DNA of 64,000 nt from Nitrospirota bacterium (GTDB lineage: Bacteria > Nitrospirota > Nitrospiria > JACQBZ01). The translations under genes were made by a program, and so were the position numbers. The stretch is from the NCBI GenBank assembly GCA_016194285.1, contig JACQBZ010000035.1, positions 64,385-128,384 of the forward strand. Reading direction: 5' to 3'. Under the pieces are notes generated by a model. That model saw only the letters and a program-made list of their open reading frames with translations, did not search any database and had not been told where the DNA came from. Every line of letters starts with the position of its first letter. Position 1 is the first letter of the stretch. Of the stretch, positions 54,644 through 63,039 are shown one piece after another.

Positions 54644-54672
54644 TTGACTTTCATGGGTCTTCATCTTACAAT
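54644..54672 (+). promoter_or_regulatory. sigma70 promoter of cassette 4
   Basis: TTGACT-17 nt-TACAAT. Confidence 0.55.
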
Positions 54673-54725
54673 GATTACACTAACATTGACATCAATCCTT
54701 TCATTAAACAGAAAGGGCTCCGACA

Positions 54726-55016
54726 GTGAAACTCTTGAAACTTAAAACCAAAGACCCTGAGCAAGCCTCGACTCTGCTCCAAGAAGCCATCTCGAATGAA
54801 TTGAAACTGATCCAAACCGGCATTGATCAACTCCAGGCGGAGATTCGTACGTTTGAACAAAAATACCGTCAATCCTCGAAAGAGTTCTTCCGCAAGTACC
54901 AGCAAGGAAAAGCCGGCGATCAGTCGGACTTTATCGATTGGGCCGGCCTTTATCAACTGCTGCTCGATCTCCGACAAGAGTCGCTCCAGCTCAAGGAGAT
55001 TGAGATCTGCAATTAG
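54726..55016 (+). CDS. Hypothetical coiled-coil protein (possible antitoxin of a decayed cassette)
   Basis: 96-aa ORF with GTG start and a heptad-like sequence (IQTGIDQLQAEIRTFEQKYRQSSKEF). The downstream 190 nt hold only broken frames. Confidence 0.5.
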   Translation: MKLLKLKTKDPEQASTLLQEAISNELKLIQTGIDQLQAEIRTFEQKYRQSSKEFFRKYQQGKAGDQSDFIDWAGLYQLLLDLRQESLQLKEIEICN

Positions 55017-55208
55017 ACGAATACATCCGGACACTCGAAGCGGCTCTTGCCGCCTGCAGACCTCTTGTTTCTCGTCAACTGACTTTTTCAAAAGTGACCA
55101 GCCATAACCTTCCCTCACCACAAGCACATTGGAGAAGAGGAGACGGTTCATGCCTCGGCATCTCCAACCCTTCCGGAGGTACTGGACGAAATAGCCCGCC
55201 ACTTTAAG

Positions 55209-55289
55209 TACCGTGAGGCGTGAGGCGGAAGCGGCTTTTCCATTCTTTCCCCTTACGCCTTACCCTTTACCCCTGACGTTTTTCACCCC
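55209..55289. repeat. GTNAGG-unit imperfect palindrome (R4)
   Basis: TACCGTGAGGCGTGAGGCGGAA ... CCCCTTACGCCTTACCCTTTACCCCTGACGtttttCACCCCTCACG; runs up to the stop of the ligase gene. Confidence 0.8.
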
Positions 55290-57155
55290 TCACGTCTTCT
55301 TCAGCTTCTCCTCGATCTCCGCCGCCTTCGCCGGCTGGCCCGACTCCCGCAACTGTCGCGCGAGCCCGAGCGCACGATCCGTCTGCCCGGTCGCGGCAAA
55401 CCAAAGGCCGACGTAATGCTGAAAGAGGGGGTTCGTCGGGTCCAGTTTCAAGACACGGTTAAACTCCTCCGTCGCGGAGGCCGTCTCGCGGAGCTGCGCG
55501 CGGATCCAGCCCAGATGCAGGTGCGGCTCGGCCAGCGTCGGGGCCAGCGCGGCGGCGCGCTCGATCTCGGACCGGGCCGCCGGAAGAACCGAGGCGTCGC
55601 CCTGAACGTAGCGACGCTCGTCCAACTCGCCCATGGCCATATGGTACAGGGGATGGGCCGGGTCCCAGCCGATCGCACGACGGTAATCCTCACCGGCCCG
55701 ATCGAGCTTTCCTGCCTTCTCCAGCTCCAGACCGCAACGGTAATACCGGTCGGCCGCAAACGCGGCCGTCGTTTGAGCCGCCAGCAGACCGATCACGGCC
55801 AGTCCCGCGACGGCCGCCGACGGCCGACTCCGGTCGAAAACCGACTCGGAAGCCGTATCCTCCTCCCGCTCCGGCCGTGCGAGATTCCAGGCCAGCCCCA
55901 ACAGAACCGCAAACAACACCGCATTGGCCGGGATATGGAAATTGAAATCGGTGAGGCCGTGGATCAGCAGCGCGACGAGCCCGGTCACGAGGCCCATCAG
56001 CAAACCCTTCGCCCACGGGCTCCTCCGCCAGCGCCAGCCGGCGATAATGAATCCGAAGAGGACCCCGAGAATTCCGACGCTCAATCCGAATCCGACCCAG
56101 CCCGTCTCGGCCAGGAGTTGAATGTAATCATTGTGCGTATGCTCGTAGAAGACCTGATCCGGAAGCGTCTTGTAGGCCGGATAGACCACTCCGAAGGTTC
56201 CGAGCCCGGATCCCATCAAAGGATGGTCCGACACCAGCTTCGCGGTGTCCTTCCAGACCTCCACGCGCGCCAGCATCGAGTGGTCCTCTGTAATCCGAAG
56301 GAGGGTCTGGACACGATCGATGATCGGCCCCAGGCCGAACCAGGTGAGGGAGATCAAAAGAACCGTGAACAGGATCCCCGGCAGGAGGAGCCACTTCTGC
56401 GTGGCCCGGCCCAGCAGCAGGATCATGCCGATCAGGATGACGGCCACAAGGAAACTGAGGATGCCGGTGCGCGACAGGCTCAAAACGAGCGAGACCGACA
56501 TCACCAGGGTCATGAACAACAGCAGCGTCAATCGGTTGGCCCGCTCGCTCGTCAGCCGATCGATGAATCGCCGCCAGGCCGTGTCGCCCTTCGCCGGCAC
56601 GCCCGCGAACGCGGCCACGGTGTATCCGATCGAAAGCGGAATCAGCATCTCTATATAGCCGGCGAAATGGTTCCGGTTGACGAATGGGCCGAAGACCGCT
56701 CCGCTCTCCCGGACCTCGCGCAGCCAGAACATCTTCCCGTTCCAGGTATACCGCTGAAAGATGGCGAACAGCGCCACGCCGAATCCGATCACAACCAGGG
56801 CCAGGGTCAGGCGGTTAAACTCCCTTTCGGTCCGGACGGTCGAGACGACCAGCGCAAAGATCACGGCATAGGCGATTCCGAGGACCAACGCGTCGCGCGT
56901 GCCGCGCGGATAAAGCGAGGCTGCAGCGGTCTGTTGGACCAGCACCCATCCCGCGAACAGCGAGAGCATGACCCAAACCGGCCCGGGGAGCTTCGCCGGC
57001 GCTTTCCGGGCAAAGCCGTATTGGATCAGCCACAGACCGGCCAGGCCGAAGACGGCCAGCTCCAGGATGGACCGGGCCCAGACCTCGACAGACCCGAAGG
57101 CCAACGGCGCGAAAACGAGCAGGCTGATGAGGCCGATTTGGATGATGAGTGTCAT
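55290..57155 (-). CDS. O-antigen-ligase-family (Wzy_C) membrane protein with C-terminal TPR domain
   Basis: 12+ TM helices. RVEVWKDTAKLVSDHPLMGSGLGTF. C-terminal TPR-like repeats (YYRCGLELEKAGKLDRAGEDYRRAIGWDP...). Confidence 0.82.
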   Translation of the reverse strand: MTLIIQIGLISLLVFAPLAFGSVEVWARSILELAVFGLAGLWLIQYGFARKAPAKLPGPVWVMLSLFAGWVLVQQTAAASLYPRGTRDALVLGIAYAVIFALVVSTVRTEREFNRLTLALVVIGFGVALFAIFQRYTWNGKMFWLREVRESGAVFGPFVNRNHFAGYIEMLIPLSIGYTVAAFAGVPAKGDTAWRRFIDRLTSERANRLTLLLFMTLVMSVSLVLSLSRTGILSFLVAVILIGMILLLGRATQKWLLLPGILFTVLLISLTWFGLGPIIDRVQTLLRITEDHSMLARVEVWKDTAKLVSDHPLMGSGLGTFGVVYPAYKTLPDQVFYEHTHNDYIQLLAETGWVGFGLSVGILGVLFGFIIAGWRWRRSPWAKGLLMGLVTGLVALLIHGLTDFNFHIPANAVLFAVLLGLAWNLARPEREEDTASESVFDRSRPSAAVAGLAVIGLLAAQTTAAFAADRYYRCGLELEKAGKLDRAGEDYRRAIGWDPAHPLYHMAMGELDERRYVQGDASVLPAARSEIERAAALAPTLAEPHLHLGWIRAQLRETASATEEFNRVLKLDPTNPLFQHYVGLWFAATGQTDRALGLARQLRESGQPAKAAEIEEKLKKT

Positions 57156-57165
57156 AGGCTAAAAC

Positions 57166-57268
57166 CCGTAAGGGGTAAGGAGAGCGTATACGCTCTCTCG
57201 TCTTTTTCCCCTAACGCCTCCCGCCTAACGCCTTACGTCTTTTCACTCCTCACGCTCTCACCCTTTAC
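57166..57268. repeat. GTNAGG-unit imperfect palindrome (R5)
   Basis: CCGTAAGGGGTAAGGAGAGCGTATACGCTCTC...tttttCCCCTAACGCCTCCCGCCTAACGCCTTACG...CACTCCTCACGCTCTCACCCTTTACG; overlaps the last 11 codons of cpsB. Confidence 0.8.
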
Positions 57269-57997
57269 GATTTTTTCTGGGGTTTCAAAAACCATTGCCC
57301 GCGCCGCTTCGACGCCCACCAGCGTCTCCGCCCGACGCCATGCGCGGGACAGGATCGGCGGACGCTTCTCGGTGTCGTGGGCGTCCGTCGCGATCAGATG
57401 CACCCGGCCTTCCTTCAGGTACCGCTCCGCGACGGCCTGCGCGCGCGGCCCGAACTCTCCCGTGAGACTCATCGCCGTAATCTGAACGAGACAACCCATC
57501 TTTACAAACGGCTCCAGTTTTTCCGGCCGTCGCTGGAGCTCCATGTTCCGCTCCGGATGGGTGATCACCGGGACCAGCCCCCGGCCGCAAAGGGTCTCGA
57601 CGAGCCGTTCGCTGCCCGGCGGGACGAGGTCATGCGGAAACTCGAACAGGAAATACGGCGTGTCCTCATTGATGCAGAGGTAGCGGGGGCTTCCGTTGAG
57701 CAGCTCCGGCGACATCCGGACATCCGCGCCGGGAATGATCCGCAGCGGGATGCCTTCATTATAAAGCCGGTCGCCGAACGCCGCCGCGGCCGCGACGATC
57801 CGTCCCGGGGAATTATCGTAAACGCCTGGCGTGATGTGGGACGATGCCACGAGGGTATCGATCCCGTCCACCGCGGCCATGCGGGCCATCGCGAGCGCCT
57901 CGTCCATCGTCCGGGCCCCGTCGTCCAGTCCGGGCAATATGTGACAGTGGATATCGATCATGTGCACCCGTGAGGAGTGAGGAGATAAAAAGTCCAT
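57233..57997 (-). CDS. cpsB: PHP-family protein-tyrosine phosphatase (CpsB/CapC type)
   Basis: MIDIHCHILPGLDDGA...SSHI...ITHPERN...ATDAHD. Start is either ATG 57997 (GAGG RBS) or ATG 57961. Confidence 0.88.
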   Translation of the reverse strand: MDFLSPHSSRVHMIDIHCHILPGLDDGARTMDEALAMARMAAVDGIDTLVASSHITPGVYDNSPGRIVAAAAAFGDRLYNEGIPLRIIPGADVRMSPELLNGSPRYLCINEDTPYFLFEFPHDLVPPGSERLVETLCGRGLVPVITHPERNMELQRRPEKLEPFVKMGCLVQITAMSLTGEFGPRAQAVAERYLKEGRVHLIATDAHDTEKRPPILSRAWRRAETLVGVEAARAMVFETPEKIVKGESVRSEKT

Positions 57998-58075
57998 TTC
58001 GCCTCGACGCCGGCCATTCCAATTTGTTTTTACTCCTTACTACTCACTCCTTACGCCTTTTCCCCTTTTCCTCTT
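57966..58075. repeat. GTNAGG-unit repeat (R6)
   Basis: CCCGTGAGGAGTGAGGAGATAAAAAG ... TTTTTACTCCTTACTACTCACTCCTTACGCCTTTTCCCC; overlaps the 5' end of cpsB and the last codons of the kinase. Confidence 0.7.
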
Positions 58076-60041
58076 TCCCGTAATACTGGTAGTACGGATA
58101 GTAATGATAGCCGTCTTTTCGCAGATCCACGTCGTTGAGCACGACGCCCAACAGCTTGGCCTTGGCCTCGTCCAGCCGCTTTCGGCCGTCCATTGCGTGA
58201 TGCTTTGTGGTCTGCGACCCCTTCACCACAAGCACCACGCCGTCGCAAAGGGTCGCGAGCAGCGTGGCATCCGTCACCGGGACCAGCGGCGGGGAATCGA
58301 TGATGATCCGGTCGAATTTCCGGCCCAGCTCCCCGATCAGCTCCCGCATCCGCTGCGAGCCCAGCAAATCGGCCGGGTTCGGCGGAATCGGCCCGGAGGT
58401 CAGCACGCTCAGCAACGGGATGGGGGTTTGCCGGATCGCGGCCTCCGGGGTGGTCTCGCCCACCAGGACCGGGCCCAGGCCTTTGATGTTGTCATTCCAT
58501 TTTCCATCCGAATCCTTACGGGGGATATCATGGCTTTCTTGGGCGAAGAGCTGATGGATCCTCGGCCGACGCAGATCGGCGTCGATCAGGAGCGTCGAGC
58601 TCCCGGCCTGGGCCATCGCGATCGCCAGGTTCGCGGCGGTCGTGGTTTTTCCCTCGACCGGTCCGGGACTGGTGACCAGCACCACTTTTGGCGGCCGCTC
58701 GGCCGAAGACAGCAAGACGCCGGTACGGATCGTCCGGTAGGCCTCGGCGTGCGAGGACTTCGGATCGGCGGACAGGATGGTTTCGATCGGATGGATCGGT
58801 TTCTTCGCCCGTCCCGCCGAGGGCACGATTCCCAAGAGGGGCGCGGCGAGCACGCGCTCGATGTCTTCGGGGCCCTTGATCGTGTTATCAAGGTACTCGA
58901 AGAAGAAGGCCAGGCCCGTGCCCATCGCCAGGCCGACGATGACGGCCAGCAGGAGGTTCATGCCCTTCCTCGGCTTGATCGGGCTCTCGGACGGCTGGGC
59001 CGGATCCACCACCTGGATATTGCTCCGAGGGAGATTCTCGGTCAGGGCCGTCTCCTTCAGACGCTTGAGCAGGACTTCGTAGAGCTGGCGGTTGGCATCC
59101 GCCTCGCGCTTCAAGAGCAGGTACTGCGGCGATTCCTCGATCTTCACCGCGCCCACCAGCCGCTTGATTTCCCGCTCCAGCCTGTCGCGAAGCGTCGCGA
59201 GCTCCGAGCGGACCTGGATCATCTGGGGATGTTTCCGGCCGTACTTCTTCGACAATTCCGAAAGCTTCGCCGTCAGACGGATCTCTTCCGTCCGGATCTC
59301 CTGAATGAACTTGTTGTTGACCACCTCCGGACGGGACTCCATCTCCTTCATCGCCTTCCGGGACTCGGCTTTGGATTCGACCTGGGTCGTGATCTGGGTC
59401 GGAATGCTTTCTTTGAACTTCTCGAAGGCCTCCTCCGACTCTTTGACCTTGGCCTGCATCTCGTCCACGCGCTGGCGGAGCCAGTCGCCGGCCTGTTGGG
59501 CCGCCTTGATCTTGAGCTCCATGTTGTAATGGATGTACTCATCGGCCAGCGTGTTGGCTACCTGAGCGGCGAGCTGAGGATCATGCGAATCGTACTCGAC
59601 CTTGACGAGGCGGCTGTTCCGGATGGGACTGATCGTCAACTCAGACAGGAAGGACTTCAACAACCGCCGGTTTTTTTGTTCGGGGTCTTGATCCGTCGAA
59701 TTTCCGGACGGCGCAGCGGCATCCTGAAAATCGGGCTGGCGGTCCAGATGCAACCGGTCGATCACCCGCCGGGCCAGCGTCTCGCTCTTCAATATCTCGT
59801 ACTGCGTCTGGTAGTAATCGGTCGCGGTGGCATCGATCGCGAGCACCTCCTGAATCGAAACCACGTTGGAATTCTCCCGTTCGATCAGGATCTGAACGGT
59901 GGACCGGTAGACCGGCCGCGCCGTGAAGGTGCCCACCGCCACGGTGGTGACCAGGATCACGAAGAAGGCGATCACGGTCCAGCGCCGCTTTTGGAGGACG
60001 CGGAGATAATCGCGGAGATGGACTTCGGGTTCGGTTTGCAT
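58044..60041 (-). CDS. Polysaccharide co-polymerase / BY-kinase (Wzc/GumC/EpsG type)
   Basis: Wzz-like N-terminus with 2 TM helices and a coiled coil. Walker A SPGPVEGKTTTAANLA. C-terminal Tyr cluster YHYYPYYQYY. Confidence 0.9.
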   Translation of the reverse strand: MQTEPEVHLRDYLRVLQKRRWTVIAFFVILVTTVAVGTFTARPVYRSTVQILIERENSNVVSIQEVLAIDATATDYYQTQYEILKSETLARRVIDRLHLDRQPDFQDAAAPSGNSTDQDPEQKNRRLLKSFLSELTISPIRNSRLVKVEYDSHDPQLAAQVANTLADEYIHYNMELKIKAAQQAGDWLRQRVDEMQAKVKESEEAFEKFKESIPTQITTQVESKAESRKAMKEMESRPEVVNNKFIQEIRTEEIRLTAKLSELSKKYGRKHPQMIQVRSELATLRDRLEREIKRLVGAVKIEESPQYLLLKREADANRQLYEVLLKRLKETALTENLPRSNIQVVDPAQPSESPIKPRKGMNLLLAVIVGLAMGTGLAFFFEYLDNTIKGPEDIERVLAAPLLGIVPSAGRAKKPIHPIETILSADPKSSHAEAYRTIRTGVLLSSAERPPKVVLVTSPGPVEGKTTTAANLAIAMAQAGSSTLLIDADLRRPRIHQLFAQESHDIPRKDSDGKWNDNIKGLGPVLVGETTPEAAIRQTPIPLLSVLTSGPIPPNPADLLGSQRMRELIGELGRKFDRIIIDSPPLVPVTDATLLATLCDGVVLVVKGSQTTKHHAMDGRKRLDEAKAKLLGVVLNDVDLRKDGYHYYPYYQYYGKEEKGKRRKE

Positions 60042-60056
60042 GTTTCCTCTCGGTGT

Positions 60057-60119
60057 CGTAAGGCGTCAGGCGTGAGGAGATAATATTTTCCCCTTTACGC
60101 CTTATCCCTCACCCCTTAC
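60057..60119. repeat. GTNAGG-unit imperfect palindrome (R7)
   Basis: CGTAAGGCGTCAGGCGTGAGGAGataatattttCCCCTTTACGCCTTATCCCTCACCCCTTAC. Confidence 0.8.
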
Positions 60120-60124
60120 ATCTC

Positions 60125-60862
60125 TTAAAAGAAACTCTCCGGGACGACGATGACATCCTCCGGCTGGGTCGAATCCTCCATCTTGGCGCGGATCGTGGTC
60201 TCCTTGCCGTCCGCCTTCCGGATGATCTGCGTCCGGTTTGGCGCGGCCTTGTCGGTCAGTCCACCGGCCAGCGTGATCGCCTTCAAGATCGTCATCTGAT
60301 CATCATACAAATACGAGCCCGGCTTCTTGACCTCGCCGGTCACATAGACCCACCGCTTCTCGGCGACCTGCAGCACGTCGTTGGCTCGGATCAGATCATG
60401 GATCCCGACCTGAAGCGTAGTCTCCTCGCCCCCCTGCTCCTTTCGGGTCACCTTGATTTTTCCATCGGCCGCTCTCTCGGTCAGTCCTCCGGCCAGGCTG
60501 ATCGCTTTGATCACGGTCATCCCCTCTTCATAAGGGTAAGAACCCGGCTTCCTGACCTCGCCGGTCACGTAGACCACGACGCGGAACTCTTCCACGAAGA
60601 CGCCCACGTGGGGATCAACGATGTAGCCGTTCGCCAGCAGGGACGTGATCTTCCGCTCGAGCCGCTGGACCGTGAGGCCGGACACCGAAATCTCGCCCAG
60701 GAGCGGGAAGGTGATCTTGCCGTCTTCGCTGATGCGGACCTTGGTATCGAGGTCTTTGTGGTCGTAAACGGTGATGTTGAGGACGTCGCGCGGCCCAAGA
60801 ACATAATCTTGGGACCATGCCGGTCCGGAGAGAATGAGCCCTGCGCCAATCAGCAAGGCCAT
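60125..60862 (-). CDS. Polysaccharide export protein (Poly_export + 2 SLBB, Wza-like)
   Basis: YVLGPRDVLNITVYDH...GKITFPLLGEISVSGLT. Two copies of V(Y)VTGEV(R/K)KPGSY.Y...MT..KAI.LAGGLT. Start trimmed to ATG 60862 (signal peptide MALLIGAGLIL). Confidence 0.88.
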   Translation of the reverse strand: MALLIGAGLILSGPAWSQDYVLGPRDVLNITVYDHKDLDTKVRISEDGKITFPLLGEISVSGLTVQRLERKITSLLANGYIVDPHVGVFVEEFRVVVYVTGEVRKPGSYPYEEGMTVIKAISLAGGLTERAADGKIKVTRKEQGGEETTLQVGIHDLIRANDVLQVAEKRWVYVTGEVKKPGSYLYDDQMTILKAITLAGGLTDKAAPNRTQIIRKADGKETTIRAKMEDSTQPEDVIVVPESFF

Positions 60863-60902
60863 GAGCCGTCTCAGCGCGGACGCGGGAATCTCCGAGGCCC
60901 TT

Positions 60903-62204
60903 CTACAACACGGCCCCGACGCTGAAGGCATACAGATTGTCCACATATCCAAAATCGCTAAAGGTCGACCGGCGCTGGGAATGATCGTACCCGAGCCCCA
61001 GATTCAGCCAGGGCTGCATTCGATATTCAATTCGGCCGCCCATGTCCCAGGTGTCGTCCATCCGCTTTCGGGTCTCCGTACCGATCGTCGTCGTCCCGGG
61101 ATATTGGTCCCGGCTGAATCCGGTGTTCAATTTGAACGAGACCTTCGGATGAATCTTGTGGACCAACTCCAGACGGCCGCCGGTGGTCAGATAGAAAGAT
61201 TGCGACCCAATGTTGCTTTCCCGAACGTCCCGCACGGCGTCAAATCGCAGCGAGGTGCGCTGGGCCAGATCATGACTCAGTGCGATCGATACGGCGCCGC
61301 CTTTGAACTCGTTGAGGCCGGACTCCTGAAATTGCTTTCGGGTGTAGCCGACCTTCACCGTTCCCTGCGATCGCGCGGTGATGTCCCAGGTCAGACCGAG
61401 ATAGCCGCGCTGGGCCTTGTTGTCCAGTTTAATGTTCGTGAGGTTCGCGTTCCCCACCGGGCCGGGGTCGGCTTCATCGAACTTAACCGATGTAAAATCG
61501 TACTCCAGCAGCGCGGAGGTTTTCGGCAAAAACTTGTAATAAATCGTTCCGGCGACGGTATTGTCCGTTCGATCCCGAAACCCGTTCCGGGCGTCGTCCG
61601 CATAGTTCAGGATCATATTCGTATAATCGACGGCCACGCGCAGGTTCGGTCCGACCTGCATCTCCACTCCGGCCCCCGCCGTGTTCCGATGGAATAAGTC
61701 AATCTGGATATTCTGCGCATAGCCGGGGGCGTCATGGCCGCTGGTCCAGTCTTCTTTAAGCCGGACCGAAAGCCCGCCGGGAAAGTTGAGGGCGAGATCG
61801 CCCTTCAGCGTGTTGTCGCTGTAGTTCTCGGTCTTGAACTCGCGATGCCGCCCGAAGTCTCCCCGATACTCCGCCTGAAACCGGTGATCCTGCAGAGGGA
61901 GCGCGAGCTGAATCCCTGGACTGAAGACGGTTACGTTGTCCTTCCCGTTTTTCGTCTTGGTCGAATCGTTCGGGTCCTCACAGACCTTCTTTACCGTCCG
62001 GCAGACATTGTCATCATAGGATTCGGAGATCTGAAAGAACGGATGAAGCTCAGCCGGACCCAGTTGGAGATTCCCGACCGCCGATACCGGAGGGGTCCAT
62101 CCGATCACGAAAATGAAACTCAGAACAAGACTGATCAAAACCACCGGACAGGTTTGCGCGGGGGATCGATAAGAAGACATACGAGACCTCCTGGGCTGAA
62201 TCAT
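60903..62204 (-). CDS. Outer-membrane beta-barrel protein of EPS loci (EpsL/BBP2-like)
   Basis: Signal peptide, alternating beta-strand pattern throughout, terminal aromatic-rich strand (YAFSVGAVL). Family name is from memory only. Confidence 0.6.
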   Translation of the reverse strand: MIQPRRSRMSSYRSPAQTCPVVLISLVLSFIFVIGWTPPVSAVGNLQLGPAELHPFFQISESYDDNVCRTVKKVCEDPNDSTKTKNGKDNVTVFSPGIQLALPLQDHRFQAEYRGDFGRHREFKTENYSDNTLKGDLALNFPGGLSVRLKEDWTSGHDAPGYAQNIQIDLFHRNTAGAGVEMQVGPNLRVAVDYTNMILNYADDARNGFRDRTDNTVAGTIYYKFLPKTSALLEYDFTSVKFDEADPGPVGNANLTNIKLDNKAQRGYLGLTWDITARSQGTVKVGYTRKQFQESGLNEFKGGAVSIALSHDLAQRTSLRFDAVRDVRESNIGSQSFYLTTGGRLELVHKIHPKVSFKLNTGFSRDQYPGTTTIGTETRKRMDDTWDMGGRIEYRMQPWLNLGLGYDHSQRRSTFSDFGYVDNLYAFSVGAVL

Positions 62205-62255
62205 CGTGTTTACCGATGAGGATTTGCATTCTATCTGAGTGAGCCTCGTTTTTTC

Positions 62256-62771
62256 TTATGGACTGAATGGACTGGCTTGCCCCAAACCGTTTCCGACCTC
62301 AAAGAAAGACGGGGGGAATAGACTCACGGACGGTTCCGCCGGTGTCTGGGCTTGGAAAAAGGCCGCCCGGACTTCGGATGGGGTCGCCCCGGCTTGAACA
62401 AGCGCCGCCGTAATCGCGTCGCGGCCGGCCCCTGCCGCCTCGGCCGTACCCACGACCAAGGAAAGCGGAACGCCCGCGCGATAGGCCGCCGTCACGACTA
62501 CGGACGGATCGTAACGGCAGGTCTGGATGGCATGATGGATCGTGGTCCTGCGAAGGGAGTCGAGCGACAAAGAATCTTGAGGTTGAATGGCCCGTATAAC
62601 GGTTTGAATGGCCTCCTCCAAAGACCGTCCTTTGGCCTTTTCCTGATTGACCCGATGGCACACATTGAGCTCGCCTTCGAAAAGCGGGGGGGGTTCGGCT
62701 AGAGAGGGGAAAGAAGAGAGCACAAACATCGAAGCGATTGAAACCGCCACAGAAAGATTCGCATTATGCAT
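62256..62771 (-). CDS. Secreted hypothetical protein, first gene of the EPS export string
   Basis: Signal peptide MHNANLSVAVSIASMFVLSSFPSLA; RBS AGGAGG; no family recognised. Confidence 0.6.
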   Translation of the reverse strand: MHNANLSVAVSIASMFVLSSFPSLAEPPPLFEGELNVCHRVNQEKAKGRSLEEAIQTVIRAIQPQDSLSLDSLRRTTIHHAIQTCRYDPSVVVTAAYRAGVPLSLVVGTAEAAGAGRDAITAALVQAGATPSEVRAAFFQAQTPAEPSVSLFPPSFFEVGNGLGQASPFSP

Positions 62772-62847
62772 CTACGTACCTCCTGTTATTCAATCCCAGC
62801 CTTTTCACTGCTATGGGCTACAACGGCCGCTTCTGGTGGCGGGACAT

Positions 62848-62875
62848 CTTATACATGGCTGTATAATGTTGTCAA
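62848..62875 (-). promoter_or_regulatory. Putative promoter of the EPS export genes
   Basis: Minus strand TTGACA-16 nt-TATAAG, about 75 nt upstream of ATG 62771. Confidence 0.4.
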
Positions 62876-62983
62876 GAAAAAAAGAAGTCTCCTTGCAATG
62901 GGAAGCTTCACCGGACAAATAGGAGCCGACTCCGCATCGTGCCACGGCAGATCACAAAAAGGTCAATTTCGGTAACCGATCAC

Positions 62984-63013
62984 TTGACAACGGTCCCAAC
63001 GGCCTGATAGGAT
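62984..63013 (+). promoter_or_regulatory. Putative lexA promoter
   Basis: TTGACA-18 nt-TAGGAT, immediately followed by the palindrome. Confidence 0.5.
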
Positions 63014-63033
63014 AGGTCTACAAATGTAGACCT
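63014..63033. promoter_or_regulatory. Candidate LexA operator (SOS box)
   Basis: Perfect 20-bp palindrome AGGTCTACAAATGTAGACCT between the -10 and the RBS of lexA. Confidence 0.6.
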
Positions 63034-63039
63034 AAGGAA

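Noticed and set aside
54675-55202. 175-aa minus-strand ORF opposite 54726..55016.
   Set aside because: It has no promoter, RBS or family signal. The plus-strand ORF has a consensus promoter and the same orientation as all neighbouring cassettes. Confidence in either remains moderate.
52145-57268. Integron attC sites (GCCTAAC in R5 and GTTAGGA in R2 resemble the R''/R' cores).
   Set aside because: The core-like strings are just two of the four variants of the GTNAGG unit. They are not paired as R''...R' within one element. GTTAGGA breaks the GTTRRRY rule, and no intI is present. I keep this only as a hypothesis to test with an attC covariance model.
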